NCBI GenBank assembly: GCA_937982505.1
Contig: CALJLV010000086.1
Coordinates: 10,990 to 74,989 of the forward strand
Source of the DNA: an uncultured Desulfobacteraceae bacterium
GTDB lineage: Bacteria; Desulfobacterota; Desulfobacteria; Desulfobacterales; UBA2174
DNA: 64,000 nucleotides
Direction: 5' to 3'
A program made the position numbers and the translations under genes. The notes beneath the pieces were generated by a model, which was not told where the DNA came from, made no database searches, and saw nothing but the letters and a program-made list of their open reading frames with translations. Of this stretch, positions 18,776 to 29,008 are shown one piece after another; position 1 is the stretch's first letter, and every line of letters starts with the position of its first letter.

Positions 18776-19381
18776 ATGAACGGAGCTGCCATGTTCACCC
18801 CGTCTGTCAACAGCATCGCGATGGCCGTCGAGGCGAAGGGGTTCAAGGTTTTCCGCGGCGGTCCGCATGACCTGAATATCGTCGGGATCCGATCCGCCGC
18901 CGCCCGGCTGGACCAGTTCGACGACCTGATCACCGTTTTTTCCCGCCATCAAAACCAGTGGCTCTACTGGGCCTTTCCCGCCACGACGGATCCGGGCGCG
19001 CATTACCTGGAGCACCCGATCAACGAGGCGGGCACCGCCATCCTGGCCCCGGGCCAGTACCGAGGCGCGTACCGGATAGGCAAGCACCGGGGCGAATACC
19101 TGGCACTGGTCCAGGCCCGTCCGGTGACCGTGTTTCGGGACAAGAACCGGAACCGGCAAGTCGATACCGGTCAGATCACCGAAACGGGCCTTTTCGGCCT
19201 CAACATCCACCGGGCCGCATGGGACGGGAAATCGACGGTTGTCGGCGCATGGTCGGCCGGATGCCAGGTGATTCAATCCAGCCTGGACTTTGACATCTTC
19301 ATGGCCATGGCGAACGCGGGAAAAGCGGCCTACGGCAACGCATTTACCTACACCCTGATCGAAGAGACGGACCTGACATGA
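18776..19381 (+). CDS. YkuD-like (L,D-transpeptidase fold) putative cell-wall-active enzyme
   Basis: NIHRAAWDGKSTVVGAWSAGCQV fits the H...S.GC catalytic signature of YkuD domains. An alternative start at ATG 18791 has a GGAG RBS. Confidence 0.5.
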   Translation: MNGAAMFTPSVNSIAMAVEAKGFKVFRGGPHDLNIVGIRSAAARLDQFDDLITVFSRHQNQWLYWAFPATTDPGAHYLEHPINEAGTAILAPGQYRGAYRIGKHRGEYLALVQARPVTVFRDKNRNRQVDTGQITETGLFGLNIHRAAWDGKSTVVGAWSAGCQVIQSSLDFDIFMAMANAGKAAYGNAFTYTLIEETDLT

Positions 19382-22300
19382 TTCTTGAGCGAGCCATATC
19401 ATCGGACTTTTTGCACCTCGTATCCCAGATCCAGGCCGCCCGGACCATGGATGAAATCGAGTACGCTTTTCGCCAGGTCTTTTCCGCCGACTTTCCGGCC
19501 CAAACGGGAGACAGGAAGCGGGTCGGAATCATCGGCGATGCGGTGGTGGCCGCGGCCGAACGGATCGATGGCATCGACTACGAGTTGTATCGGGCCGCTG
19601 ATCCTGATGACGGCCGGGGCGCAATCCGTGTCGCCGATGCGGACGCGGGGCAGACCTACGACTTCACGGCCTACCCGTCTTTTGACGCGGCAGAGAAAAA
19701 ATTCGCGCAAACCATCGCCGATGCCCGCAAGGCCGGCGGCGAAGAGGCCAACCCGGGCGACCACAAGGACCCGAAAAGCGATTTCGGCCTGAAGGTCAAA
19801 GGCATCAAGGCGCGTGAAAACATCAATGCCATGGCCCGCGAGATTCTTGCGCGGGTTCAGGAGCCAGAAGATTTGACCGATGAGGACCGCCAGGTCCTGG
19901 TGCAGTATTCTGGCAAAGGCGGGCTCACCGAAAACAGCCAGTTCGAGTATTACACGCCGACAGGCGTTGCGGCGGGATGCTGGGACGCCCTGGCCTTGAA
20001 CGGATTCACGAATGGCAACGTCCTTGACCCGTGTGTCGGGGCTGGGGTCTTCCCGGCGACCAAGCCCAAGGGCGTGATCGTCACCGGAGCCGACATTGAC
20101 CCGGTGGGCTCAAAAATAGCTGCGCTTCTCAACCCCGAGGACGGAATTCAGACCGGCTCTTTTGAGGCCCTTGCCACCTCTACCCCCGATGACACCTTCG
20201 ACGCCGTGACCGGCAACGTGCCCTTCGGCGACGCCCGCGGCGCGGCGATGCACGACGACCCGGCCTACAAGAGCGAAAAGCGGATCGAGCGCTACTTTCT
20301 GCTGCGCGCCCTGGACAAAGTAAAGCCCGGCGGTCTCTGCTGCATGGTCGTTCCGACCAACATCGTCGGCGCCAAGGGGCCGAAGTGGGAGACCTGGCGC
20401 ACCGAGATATCCAAAAAGGCCGAATTCCTTGGCGCCCACAAGCTGCCATCCAAGACCTTTAAGAATCAGGGCACCGACACCGTGGTCGATATCGTGGTGC
20501 TCAAAAAACATCCCAAGGACCTGCTGGACAAAATCAACGACATTCCCTTTGACGCCCTTCAATCAGCCATGGTGATCTGGCCCGAATTCATCGAGGGCCG
20601 TTACTGGCTTGGGGAAGGAAAGCGCTTCATCCAGGGCGAATGGGTCCCCAAGGTCGAGGGGGAACGCTGGTCGCGGGAGGTGGTGGACGGCGATATCGAT
20701 TCGGCCGCGATCCGCCAAAAGCTGGCGGTCCGTTTCGATTCCCGAATCGACTGGGGCCTGCTGGACGCAACCCCGGCCGAGCCCAAGAGCTACATCGACG
20801 GGGACCGGCGAATCATCAACGGCCGGCAATACGAGATGCAAGACGGCCAGTGGGTTGTCGTGGTCGAGACGACCAAGGATGACATGGCCATTGACGCCGG
20901 CCGTTACGGTGTTGCCAAGCTGTCCGACCTGAAAGCTGCCTTTTCATCCCCGGACGGTCCGTTGCGCCTCTCATCGGATCAAGCCTTTGCCGTTTTCAAG
21001 TCCTGGCCCGACCTGCTTTCCCCGTTGCATAAAGACGCGGTGGAATTCGCGATGAGCCAGCCATCGGACAAGTTCCGGGAACAGGCCTACCGCGGCACGA
21101 TCATCGGCGGGCTTTTGGGCCGCCTGCAAGCCAACCCCGACGATATCGAGCGGGAACGGTTGCAAAACATGGTGGTGGCCGAGATAGAGCGTTTCGGGCA
21201 TCCCAAGGGCAACAAGATCCTCGTGACCGGTGAATCGTCCAGGGCCTTCGGGCTGTTTCTGAACGCAGTGGACGAGAAGGGCACCTTTTCGGATCTGCTG
21301 GCCGGGACCGTGGCCGACGACCGGATGCAGTTCAACAGCTCCGATATCCAGTCCATCGTCGAGCATCTTTTCATTCGTGAGGGAATCCGGGACATCGGGC
21401 TGGAGGACGTCCAAAAGCTCTACACCGGCGGGATGGGGATCGAGACCATGGGAGACCTGGCCGGAATCCAAAACGTCGCCCTGACGCCCGAGGGGTTCGT
21501 CATGCCCCTGAGCCGGTTCTCGTCCGGCGACGTCTATCCCAAAATAGTGGCCATGACCGACGCCATGGCCGATGAAGAAGACGAACGGGTCCGCAACAAG
21601 TATCAGGAGCAAATCGACCTGATTCTGAGCCGGCTGAAGCTCACCAAGCCCGAGGACATATACATCGGCCTCCAAGAGAAATGGTTTCCGAAGCAATACC
21701 TGATCGAGTATTTGCGAGCCAACGGATACCCGAATGTTTCTTATGGCCGATTCGAAACGCAGTCGGTCGAGGACGCGGTGAGCGGGAAGGTGAGCAAGGT
21801 TTCGAAATGGGTAGAGGATTTTGAAAGCCCGTTCGGCCAGTTCATCGGTATCGATGAACACAGGGGAGGGTTCCCGAAGCAATTCTTGAAGTACCTCAAT
21901 GGCGGCAATGTCACATCCAGCGGCGAAAACGCACAGGAGCGCATCGAAGCCTACAAGCAGGAAGTCAAGGCGATCACCGAAAACTTCAACGCCTGGATGC
22001 AACAACACCCGGACATGGACCAAGTCGGCAGGATATACAACCGCAAGTTCAACGCCTTCGTCGCCCACGACTACGAGATAACCCCGCTGGAAATAGAGGG
22101 GTTCACCGGGGACAAAAAGCCCCACGGCTATCAGAGCGCGGCCATTCGCAGGATGTCAGAGGAAGGGCGGGGGATTTTGGGCCTGGACGTTGGTTTGGGC
22201 AAGACCCTTGGCGCCATCGGCCTCCACCTCTACAACAAGCAGATGGGCCGAACCAAAAAGACCTGCATCGTGGTTCCCAATTCGGTCTTGTCCAACTGGT

Positions 22301-25300
22301 ATGTGAGCTGCGACAAGATGATCACGGACATGAACGACGTGCTTTTCGTAGGCGTTGAGCCGAAGATGGACAAGGACGGCAACATCGCCCGCAAGCCGGT
22401 GCTGGACGAAAGCGGCAAGCCGAAAACCAAGGCCAACGGCGAGCCCATGACTCAGCCTGTCCTGGTGAAGCGCAATAGCCCTGAAGACGTTTGGGAAAAG
22501 ATGTGGGAGATCCCGACCACCTCCAAGTCCCTGGTGGTGATGACCACCGAAAAATTCGGCATGATTCCGCTGAAACGGGATACCAAGGCCGGGTTTGCTC
22601 AAAAGATGGGCGAGCGGGCGCTGATTTCCGCCAAAATGGTTGCGGCGCTGTCCGCCGGAGACGGCAAAGAGGCAGAACGCAAAATCTCCTACGCCGACGA
22701 CAAGGACCGGCTACGCAACGAGGGCAAATATGCGGATGACGGGACCCGGAAAAAGGGCGAGCTGCCGTTCTTCGAGGACATGGGTTTTACCTCCATCATC
22801 GGGGACGAATTTCACCAGTTCAAAAACAGTTTCGAGGGGGGCGAACAAACATCCCAAATCGCCTACCTGCCCACGGCACCGAGTTCGAAGCGTGCATTAG
22901 ACATGACCATGAAGTGTTCCTACCTGCGCGAGACCAACGACGGCCGAGGGGTTTACGGGCTCACCGCAACACCGGTCACAAACTCCCCGATGGAAATTTT
23001 CAACATGCTTTCCTACGTGGCCCCGATGGAGGAATTCGAGCGCTTCGGGGTCTATACCGTCGATGATTTTGTCCGGGTGTTCGGCCACATCGAAACCGTG
23101 GACAAGGTGATGGTTTCCGGTGAGGTCAAAAGCAAGGACGGCCTGGTGGGGTTCCGCAACCTGGACGGGCTGCGCAACCTCTTTCATAAATACACCCTCC
23201 TCAAGACCGCCGATGACGTTGGCCTTGAACTGCCATCGCACGACGAAACCAACGAGGAGGTTGAACTTTCGGATCTTCAGAACGATATCTATGCCGCGCT
23301 CAAGGTGAATGCCGCGGAAGCCGCTACGCCGGGTTCCAAGAAAAGCATGTTTTCCGTGATTCGGCAGATGGACCGGATCACCACGGACATCGACCTGTAC
23401 CGGCGCAAGATGACATTCGTTTTCCGGGCCGAGGATCGGGAAAAGGTCGAGGCCCTGGCCAAAGAGCTGCCCTCAATGGTGGACGGATGGGAAGAGGGTG
23501 ACGACGGGAAGCAGGTCAAGGTAAAAGTGCCTTGCGTTCCGGAATTCAAGTCGGAAGGGAAAAACTTCGTCATGGTGGTGCCGGAAATGGCCGAAGAGCA
23601 TGTATCGGCCAAGCTGAAGCGCCACGGAATCGACGAAAACCACGTCGCGCACCCCCTCATGCCCAAGTACGCCAAATTGGTCGAGAACATTCGCAAGCAC
23701 ATCGAGTCGAACGGAAAGCAGATCGTGTTCACCGAGGAAAAGAGCCAGCACCAAAAGCTCAAGCGGATTTTGAGCCACCATATCCCGTTGTCCCGGGACC
23801 TGATCGGCATCATCAACGCGGATGAGGCGGCCGGTGACAAGATTCAACAAATTTCCGACCAGTACAACTCGGGCCAGGTCAAGATCATCATTGCGAACAA
23901 AAAGGCCGAGGTCGGCGTCAACCTCCAAAAGGGCACCACGGCGATTCACCACCTGACCCTGCCATGGACGCCGGCCAGCATCCAGCAACGCAACGGCCGC
24001 GGGGTTCGCCAGGGCAACAAGGCCGAGCACATCGACATCTACTATTACATGGGCAAGGGCTCATTCGATTACTACCGGCTGGACCTGCTCAAGCGCAAAT
24101 CGAGCTGGATGCACGATCTTTTCAACGGGGATGCGACCGAGGCCGAAAACGCCAATGCGATGAGCCAGGATGACATGCTGGACCTGCTGGCCGATGACCC
24201 TGAGGCGGCAAAGCGGCGGCGGATGGAGCGGCTTGCGAAGCAAAAGGCCGAGCGCGACGAACGGGAACGGCGCCGGCTGATCAACATGCTCCAGCAACTG
24301 ACCAACGTAGACGAGGCGTTGTCCAAGCTGGACGCGGCCAAGGAGACCCGCAAGGCCAACCTTGAAGAGAAAATCCCGAAGCTCGAAACCCAGATCGACG
24401 AAATCAAGGCGGCCGGCGCAAAGATGGAACCGGGCGAGGCCAAGACCGCCCTGGCCGACCAGATTGCCAAAAAAAAGGGGGAGCTGGCCGCGGCAAAAGC
24501 CAGCCTTTCGAACCTGGACGCAAGTTTCGAGAAAAAACGCCAGGACCTGGAATCGAAAAAGAAGCAGAGCCAGAACGTGCTGCGCATGAAGGCCAACAAG
24601 GGCGAATTGCCCTTTGACGCCTCCCTGGTGGACAATCCCAAAAACGCGGTGGCAACCCTTGACGGCACCCTTTATGCGGTGGGCGAGACCTACGAGGTCC
24701 GGGACGATGGCGGGGATCCGATTGGCATTTATCGAATCACCCGGGTTTTTGCCGATCCCAAGGGGGCCGTGTTTGACGAAGTCGTCTCCTACCGATACTG
24801 GAACTTTGCGAGACAGACGATCGAAGACCCGGACAACCCGGACAAATACTTGCACGTCGCAACGCTTGCCAAGCTGCCAAAAAACATGGTCAAGGTGGCC
24901 TATTCCGAGGCCGAACTTGCCCTCAAGAAGCTGCTGGCGACAAGCCATCAATACGTTGACCTGTTTGGCGGCGAAATCGATAAGGAAACCTTTGCGGAGC
25001 ACATACTTGAAATCACGCTCAAGGGCTATGGCCTGATCCGCACCGACGGCGGGTTCGCGTTTGACTACATGGGGGGCGAAAATGCCCCCAAGGTGGTTTT
25101 CCCCGAGCCGGAAAGCGAGGCATACCGCAAGGCACTGGCCGAGACATATCTTGACGTCAAGCGCACGGGGACCATCGGGACGCGGTTGTTGGACTTCAAC
25201 CAGATTATGGAGAAGTGTTTCGGAAACGACTTCCAAAACGCAGCCCTCGAATACGGCAAAAAAGCCACCGAGACCGACATTCGGGCCTTTTTCGCCGACT

Positions 25301-25911
25301 TCGTGAAGACCTGGCTGGATGAAAACAATCCGGGCGGGTCCGGGAACCCGGACTACCGACATCTGCATGACCGGTACCACTACATGGTGGCCGACCTTCG
25401 ATCCGCGGTTGTTCAGATTGGCGACAACAAGGATGAGATTGTAGCCAAGGCCCGTGAGGTTTTCGACGAGGCCAAGGCCGAATGGGAAAAGAAGTACGTG
25501 GCCGCCGTCGAGGAGCAGGAAAAGGCCGAAAATGAGGCCCGGGCCGAACGGGAACGGCAGGAAAACGAGCGGTTGCGCGCCGATCCGAATTACAAGGAAG
25601 TGCCTGAAAACGTCAAGGCCGCCTTCGCCCAACTCGGTATCGAGGTCCTGGTGAACAAAACTGCGATGACCCTCCCCGGCCGGCATGTGGGCCGGTACAA
25701 GAAGTATCGGGACGTCGCAATCGCGCCGTTCAAGAAGTGGTTTTTCCAGGACAAGCACGGCAAGGCCGGGGTGTTGTTCCGGGTCAAGGAAATTCTCAAG
25801 TCCCGGTATGGCGCGCAATTCTTTGCCGGGACAACCCTCCAGCTCGACGGGGCATACTGGTACATCGATTCGACCTATCCGTTAGATGAGATTTACAAGG
25901 TGATGGCCTGA
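19378..25911 (+). CDS. 2177-aa N6-adenine DNA methyltransferase / SNF2-family helicase fusion (P1 DarB-like)
   Basis: ATGA coupling to the previous gene. Methyltransferase motifs I and IV, SF2 helicase motifs I-VI and a long C-terminal coiled coil. Confidence 0.85.
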   Translation: MILERAISSDFLHLVSQIQAARTMDEIEYAFRQVFSADFPAQTGDRKRVGIIGDAVVAAAERIDGIDYELYRAADPDDGRGAIRVADADAGQTYDFTAYPSFDAAEKKFAQTIADARKAGGEEANPGDHKDPKSDFGLKVKGIKARENINAMAREILARVQEPEDLTDEDRQVLVQYSGKGGLTENSQFEYYTPTGVAAGCWDALALNGFTNGNVLDPCVGAGVFPATKPKGVIVTGADIDPVGSKIAALLNPEDGIQTGSFEALATSTPDDTFDAVTGNVPFGDARGAAMHDDPAYKSEKRIERYFLLRALDKVKPGGLCCMVVPTNIVGAKGPKWETWRTEISKKAEFLGAHKLPSKTFKNQGTDTVVDIVVLKKHPKDLLDKINDIPFDALQSAMVIWPEFIEGRYWLGEGKRFIQGEWVPKVEGERWSREVVDGDIDSAAIRQKLAVRFDSRIDWGLLDATPAEPKSYIDGDRRIINGRQYEMQDGQWVVVVETTKDDMAIDAGRYGVAKLSDLKAAFSSPDGPLRLSSDQAFAVFKSWPDLLSPLHKDAVEFAMSQPSDKFREQAYRGTIIGGLLGRLQANPDDIERERLQNMVVAEIERFGHPKGNKILVTGESSRAFGLFLNAVDEKGTFSDLLAGTVADDRMQFNSSDIQSIVEHLFIREGIRDIGLEDVQKLYTGGMGIETMGDLAGIQNVALTPEGFVMPLSRFSSGDVYPKIVAMTDAMADEEDERVRNKYQEQIDLILSRLKLTKPEDIYIGLQEKWFPKQYLIEYLRANGYPNVSYGRFETQSVEDAVSGKVSKVSKWVEDFESPFGQFIGIDEHRGGFPKQFLKYLNGGNVTSSGENAQERIEAYKQEVKAITENFNAWMQQHPDMDQVGRIYNRKFNAFVAHDYEITPLEIEGFTGDKKPHGYQSAAIRRMSEEGRGILGLDVGLGKTLGAIGLHLYNKQMGRTKKTCIVVPNSVLSNWYVSCDKMITDMNDVLFVGVEPKMDKDGNIARKPVLDESGKPKTKANGEPMTQPVLVKRNSPEDVWEKMWEIPTTSKSLVVMTTEKFGMIPLKRDTKAGFAQKMGERALISAKMVAALSAGDGKEAERKISYADDKDRLRNEGKYADDGTRKKGELPFFEDMGFTSIIGDEFHQFKNSFEGGEQTSQIAYLPTAPSSKRALDMTMKCSYLRETNDGRGVYGLTATPVTNSPMEIFNMLSYVAPMEEFERFGVYTVDDFVRVFGHIETVDKVMVSGEVKSKDGLVGFRNLDGLRNLFHKYTLLKTADDVGLELPSHDETNEEVELSDLQNDIYAALKVNAAEAATPGSKKSMFSVIRQMDRITTDIDLYRRKMTFVFRAEDREKVEALAKELPSMVDGWEEGDDGKQVKVKVPCVPEFKSEGKNFVMVVPEMAEEHVSAKLKRHGIDENHVAHPLMPKYAKLVENIRKHIESNGKQIVFTEEKSQHQKLKRILSHHIPLSRDLIGIINADEAAGDKIQQISDQYNSGQVKIIIANKKAEVGVNLQKGTTAIHHLTLPWTPASIQQRNGRGVRQGNKAEHIDIYYYMGKGSFDYYRLDLLKRKSSWMHDLFNGDATEAENANAMSQDDMLDLLADDPEAAKRRRMERLAKQKAERDERERRRLINMLQQLTNVDEALSKLDAAKETRKANLEEKIPKLETQIDEIKAAGAKMEPGEAKTALADQIAKKKGELAAAKASLSNLDASFEKKRQDLESKKKQSQNVLRMKANKGELPFDASLVDNPKNAVATLDGTLYAVGETYEVRDDGGDPIGIYRITRVFADPKGAVFDEVVSYRYWNFARQTIEDPDNPDKYLHVATLAKLPKNMVKVAYSEAELALKKLLATSHQYVDLFGGEIDKETFAEHILEITLKGYGLIRTDGGFAFDYMGGENAPKVVFPEPESEAYRKALAETYLDVKRTGTIGTRLLDFNQIMEKCFGNDFQNAALEYGKKATETDIRAFFADFVKTWLDENNPGGSGNPDYRHLHDRYHYMVADLRSAVVQIGDNKDEIVAKAREVFDEAKAEWEKKYVAAVEEQEKAENEARAERERQENERLRADPNYKEVPENVKAAFAQLGIEVLVNKTAMTLPGRHVGRYKKYRDVAIAPFKKWFFQDKHGKAGVLFRVKEILKSRYGAQFFAGTTLQLDGAYWYIDSTYPLDEIYKVMA
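19795..20517 (+). other. N6-adenine methyltransferase domain
   Basis: VLDPCVGAGVF (motif I) and VTGNVPFGD (NPPF-type motif IV). KPGGLCCMVVP follows. Confidence 0.8.
22111..24100 (+). other. SNF2/DEAD-like helicase N and C domains
   Basis: HGYQSAAIRRM, GLDVGLGKTLGAIG (Walker A), GDEFHQFKN (DExH), GVNLQKGTTAIHHLTLPWTPASIQQRNGRGVRQGN (motifs V-VI). Confidence 0.85.
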
Positions 25912-25922
25912 AAGGATCCGCA

Positions 25923-26315
25923 ATGATCGAGAAACCCACGAAAGAAGAACTTGACCGCCTGGTGGAGGAAGGGTCAACGAACAGGACCGCCGACGAATGG
26001 ATCGCCTCGATGCTCCAGGCTGTCCGTTCGACGCTGATCCGGAACCCGAAGCGATACCGGGGCTACGGCCCCTACTGGTGGTTGGTCAAAAAGATGTTCA
26101 TCGATGCCGGCGACCTGGCGTTCGGCGAACACCTGGACGCCCAGTGGATCGAGGCCCTGGACTACGGATCGGCGAAACACAACATGGCCGCGGCATTCGC
26201 CTATGAGGATGCCAGGTTTTTGACCATGCACATCCTGGAAGCCACGCATACTCTGATCGACGACGGCAACCCGGTTGAGTTTGTGAGCTCCGACGAAGAA
26301 ATGGAATTGCGCTAA
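25923..26315 (+). CDS. hypothetical protein
   Basis: AAAGGA RBS, compact 130-aa ORF between the giant gene and the portal-like gene. Confidence 0.55.
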   Translation: MIEKPTKEELDRLVEEGSTNRTADEWIASMLQAVRSTLIRNPKRYRGYGPYWWLVKKMFIDAGDLAFGEHLDAQWIEALDYGSAKHNMAAAFAYEDARFLTMHILEATHTLIDDGNPVEFVSSDEEMELR

Positions 26316-26324
26316 GAGGCCGAC

Positions 26325-28016
26325 ATGGCGAAGCGACGAAAAGAGGGCGAAGGAAAAAAGATTTCTTTATGGCGGACGCCCATATCCAAGCTACCGGCTG
26401 CCATCATCGGCCGGCTCTATCCCGGATTTGACGGGGAGCGCAACGCCCGGAGCAGCGACATTGTTGACATGCCGTCCCAATCGCTGGCCATCGGCGGGGA
26501 CAACTTTGTCGATTCAATGTTGCGTGCCCAAGGAATTGCTCCTGAACCGGCATCGTCGGAAGAAGAGCATTTGCTCGATAGGCTACCGCTGGATCGGCTG
26601 GCGCGCTACGGCGTGTTTATGGGGATGTTGGAGGACCCTACGATTTCGTCCGCCATCGCGCTGCATGTGAGCCAGGCCCTGAGCGCCAAAACGGCCACGG
26701 GCGAGATCATCAGCATCGAATCGACGGCCGACAAAGACGATCCGATCACTGCGGACCTGCGAGATACATTTAAGGGCATGATCAACCAGAAATGCCAGGA
26801 ATGGGCCTATAACGCTGCCGCCCTGGGGTGCTGGTATGTGAGGCCTTACGGGGCGCCTGGAAAGGGCATCGAGCACGTCAGGAGCGACTACTACACCCAT
26901 CCGCGATTCATCTATGAGTACGAGCACGGCGGGCGCCTGGCGGGCTATACTCATGCGTACCAGAACCCGGCCCGGGACGGTCGGGTGATCGTGATTGAGC
27001 CCTGGAAATTCGTCGCCTTCAAGCTGCCTCGGTGGCACCTGGACGCCACCATCGAGCCCCAGCGCCACGATGTTGACGTGTTCGATATCCGAGACGACGA
27101 TTGTTACAGGGAAGAAATCGTCGAGGCCCAGAATTACGGCGAAAGCCTGTTGCGGACGGCTTTTCAGCCGTGGTTCGACCTGCAAAACGCCATCCTCAGC
27201 ATGAACATGAGCCGGCGCAACGCGGCCCGACTGGAGCGGGTGGTGGGGGTCCAGACCGGAAAGCTGAGCCCCAAGAAGGCGGCCGAATACCTCAACACCG
27301 TTTCCAGCCGCCTGAAGCAGGCCAACGAGGCCCATGCGCGCCAGAGCCTGTCAAAGGGATTCGTCCAGACCGTGGTCAATCACCTGATTCCCATTTTCGG
27401 GGATCGGGGCAGGCTGGATATTTCCACCGTGGAGGGGTCGCCGAACATCGAGGGGCTGGAGGATGTCCGATTCCATGTAAACCGTCTGGGCGGCGCCATG
27501 GGGGTCGATCCTTCCCTGCTTGGCTTTGGCGAAGTGTTGTCCGGGGGGTTGGGCGAGGGGGGCTTTTTCCGGCTGTCGATTCTGGCGGCCATCAAGAGCG
27601 AAGCGATTCGGCACGCGATTCGAAGCGGACTCGAAGAGCTTTTTTGCATCCATGTGGCCCTCAAGCACGGCAAGTATTTCCTGCCGGGCCAACGCCCATG
27701 GCGAATCGTCTTCAACTCGATTTCTACAGCTTTGGAGCGCGAAGAGGCCGACAACATCCAGGGGCGAATCAACACCGCTACGATGGTTGCACAAGTTGTC
27801 CAGCTTATCGATCCAGAGTTTTCCAAGTGCGATTTTGCCGCTGTCGCCAACTACCTGTTTACCGACGTGCTCCGGGTCGATGAGGAAAAATTCAAAGCCA
27901 TGTTCCCGGAAAAAATTGAAAAGCCGGAGGACACGGGCGGCGACGAGCATGAGGATATCATGGAATCCGCGATCAGCAACCTGGTGGAGCAATTCTATAC
28001 GGAGAAAAAGCCATGA
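26325..28016 (+). CDS. portal-like protein
   Basis: 563 aa, a typical portal size. Basic N-terminus. The central and C-terminal region (GSPNIEGLEDVRFHVNRLGGAMGVDPSLLGF) resembles portal stem/clip segments. Adjacent to head-internal effector genes. Not verified. Confidence 0.45.
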   Translation: MAKRRKEGEGKKISLWRTPISKLPAAIIGRLYPGFDGERNARSSDIVDMPSQSLAIGGDNFVDSMLRAQGIAPEPASSEEEHLLDRLPLDRLARYGVFMGMLEDPTISSAIALHVSQALSAKTATGEIISIESTADKDDPITADLRDTFKGMINQKCQEWAYNAAALGCWYVRPYGAPGKGIEHVRSDYYTHPRFIYEYEHGGRLAGYTHAYQNPARDGRVIVIEPWKFVAFKLPRWHLDATIEPQRHDVDVFDIRDDDCYREEIVEAQNYGESLLRTAFQPWFDLQNAILSMNMSRRNAARLERVVGVQTGKLSPKKAAEYLNTVSSRLKQANEAHARQSLSKGFVQTVVNHLIPIFGDRGRLDISTVEGSPNIEGLEDVRFHVNRLGGAMGVDPSLLGFGEVLSGGLGEGGFFRLSILAAIKSEAIRHAIRSGLEELFCIHVALKHGKYFLPGQRPWRIVFNSISTALEREEADNIQGRINTATMVAQVVQLIDPEFSKCDFAAVANYLFTDVLRVDEEKFKAMFPEKIEKPEDTGGDEHEDIMESAISNLVEQFYTEKKP

Positions 28017-29005
28017 GCGACACGATCAAGTGCAGATTCAACCTGTTCCAGGAGGGGCGCAAGTACACGGGGCATCACCGCAAGTATGTGCTCGAAAATG
28101 CCCGGGCGGTCTGCTACGCGCCCGAGACCCGGGAGGGCCTGCGCCTGCGCGAAAAGGTGGGGTATTTCGGCCACGGCCGGCGCCAGATGGCCGGCAAGGT
28201 GGCCATCGCCGAGTCCGAGCGGGTCAAGATGCCCGACGGGACATTTGCGGTGGTCGACAACGTGCCGTCGAACGTGACCACGTTTTTCGAGATCGACCAG
28301 GCCGGCAACGTTGATCATCACCAGGAACTATTGACCGCCAACGAACCGGGCCGGATCGTAGCGGGCCTGCATGCCAACAAGGTCGGTGGGTTCTCATGGG
28401 CCATGGGGGGCCGGGACGGTGGGGCGCATGGGGTGACAAAAGTGGCCTCGTTCGAGGGCTTCGACTATGTGATGAACCCCGGATTTTCGGACAACCGCGG
28501 CTATGTGCTCGAATCGGCGGGCCGTGACATGGTGCTCGAATCGATCTGCCAGGCCGGGTTCGACGACGTGGCGGCAGAACGGATCCTGGAAAACTGGATC
28601 GGATCGGCCATCTACCAGGTCGACGAACTGACCGAGCGCCTGGCCAATGCCGAAATTTTCGAGTCGGCCCTGATCGAAAAGGTCGAACGGCTGGAGGCAT
28701 TGACCCGGACTGCGGCCGAACGCGAAGAGGCCCGGCGCGCCCTGGTGCTCGAAAACGCCAAGCGCCTGCCCGTGGTGGTGCCGGCCGATGTCGCCGAAGC
28801 CATCGTAAGCATGGCCGGCGAAGCGGATTTTCTCAAGGTGGTTGGCTTTTTCGAGTCGGCGGCCAGGGCCGATCTGGGCCGCTATCCCCTGCCAGGTCTT
28901 GCGAAGCCCCCCCTTGAGGTCAAAAAAGACCGTCGCCAGACCGATTTCGAATATGGGCGGGCCGCTGCTGCGGTAGATTTTGATGCCCCCGGATTTGCGA
29001 GGTGA
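28013..29005 (+). CDS. putative prohead protease/scaffold-like protein
   Basis: ATGA coupling to the portal-like gene. Possible His (GYFGHG) and Ser (GGFSWAMGG) motifs, then a coiled coil (ELTERLANAEIFESALIEKVERLEAL). Weak assignment. Confidence 0.4.
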   Translation: MSDTIKCRFNLFQEGRKYTGHHRKYVLENARAVCYAPETREGLRLREKVGYFGHGRRQMAGKVAIAESERVKMPDGTFAVVDNVPSNVTTFFEIDQAGNVDHHQELLTANEPGRIVAGLHANKVGGFSWAMGGRDGGAHGVTKVASFEGFDYVMNPGFSDNRGYVLESAGRDMVLESICQAGFDDVAAERILENWIGSAIYQVDELTERLANAEIFESALIEKVERLEALTRTAAEREEARRALVLENAKRLPVVVPADVAEAIVSMAGEADFLKVVGFFESAARADLGRYPLPGLAKPPLEVKKDRRQTDFEYGRAAAAVDFDAPGFAR

Positions 29006-29008
29006 TTC

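Noticed and set aside
9607-25818. Long minus-strand ORFs inside the giant genes (9607-10650, 15472-16959, 20971-22125, 24061-25818)
   Set aside because: They are shadow ORFs typical of GC-rich DNA. Their products are Arg/Gly/Pro-rich and low-complexity with no RBS. They lie entirely antisense to ORFs with clear enzymatic motifs.
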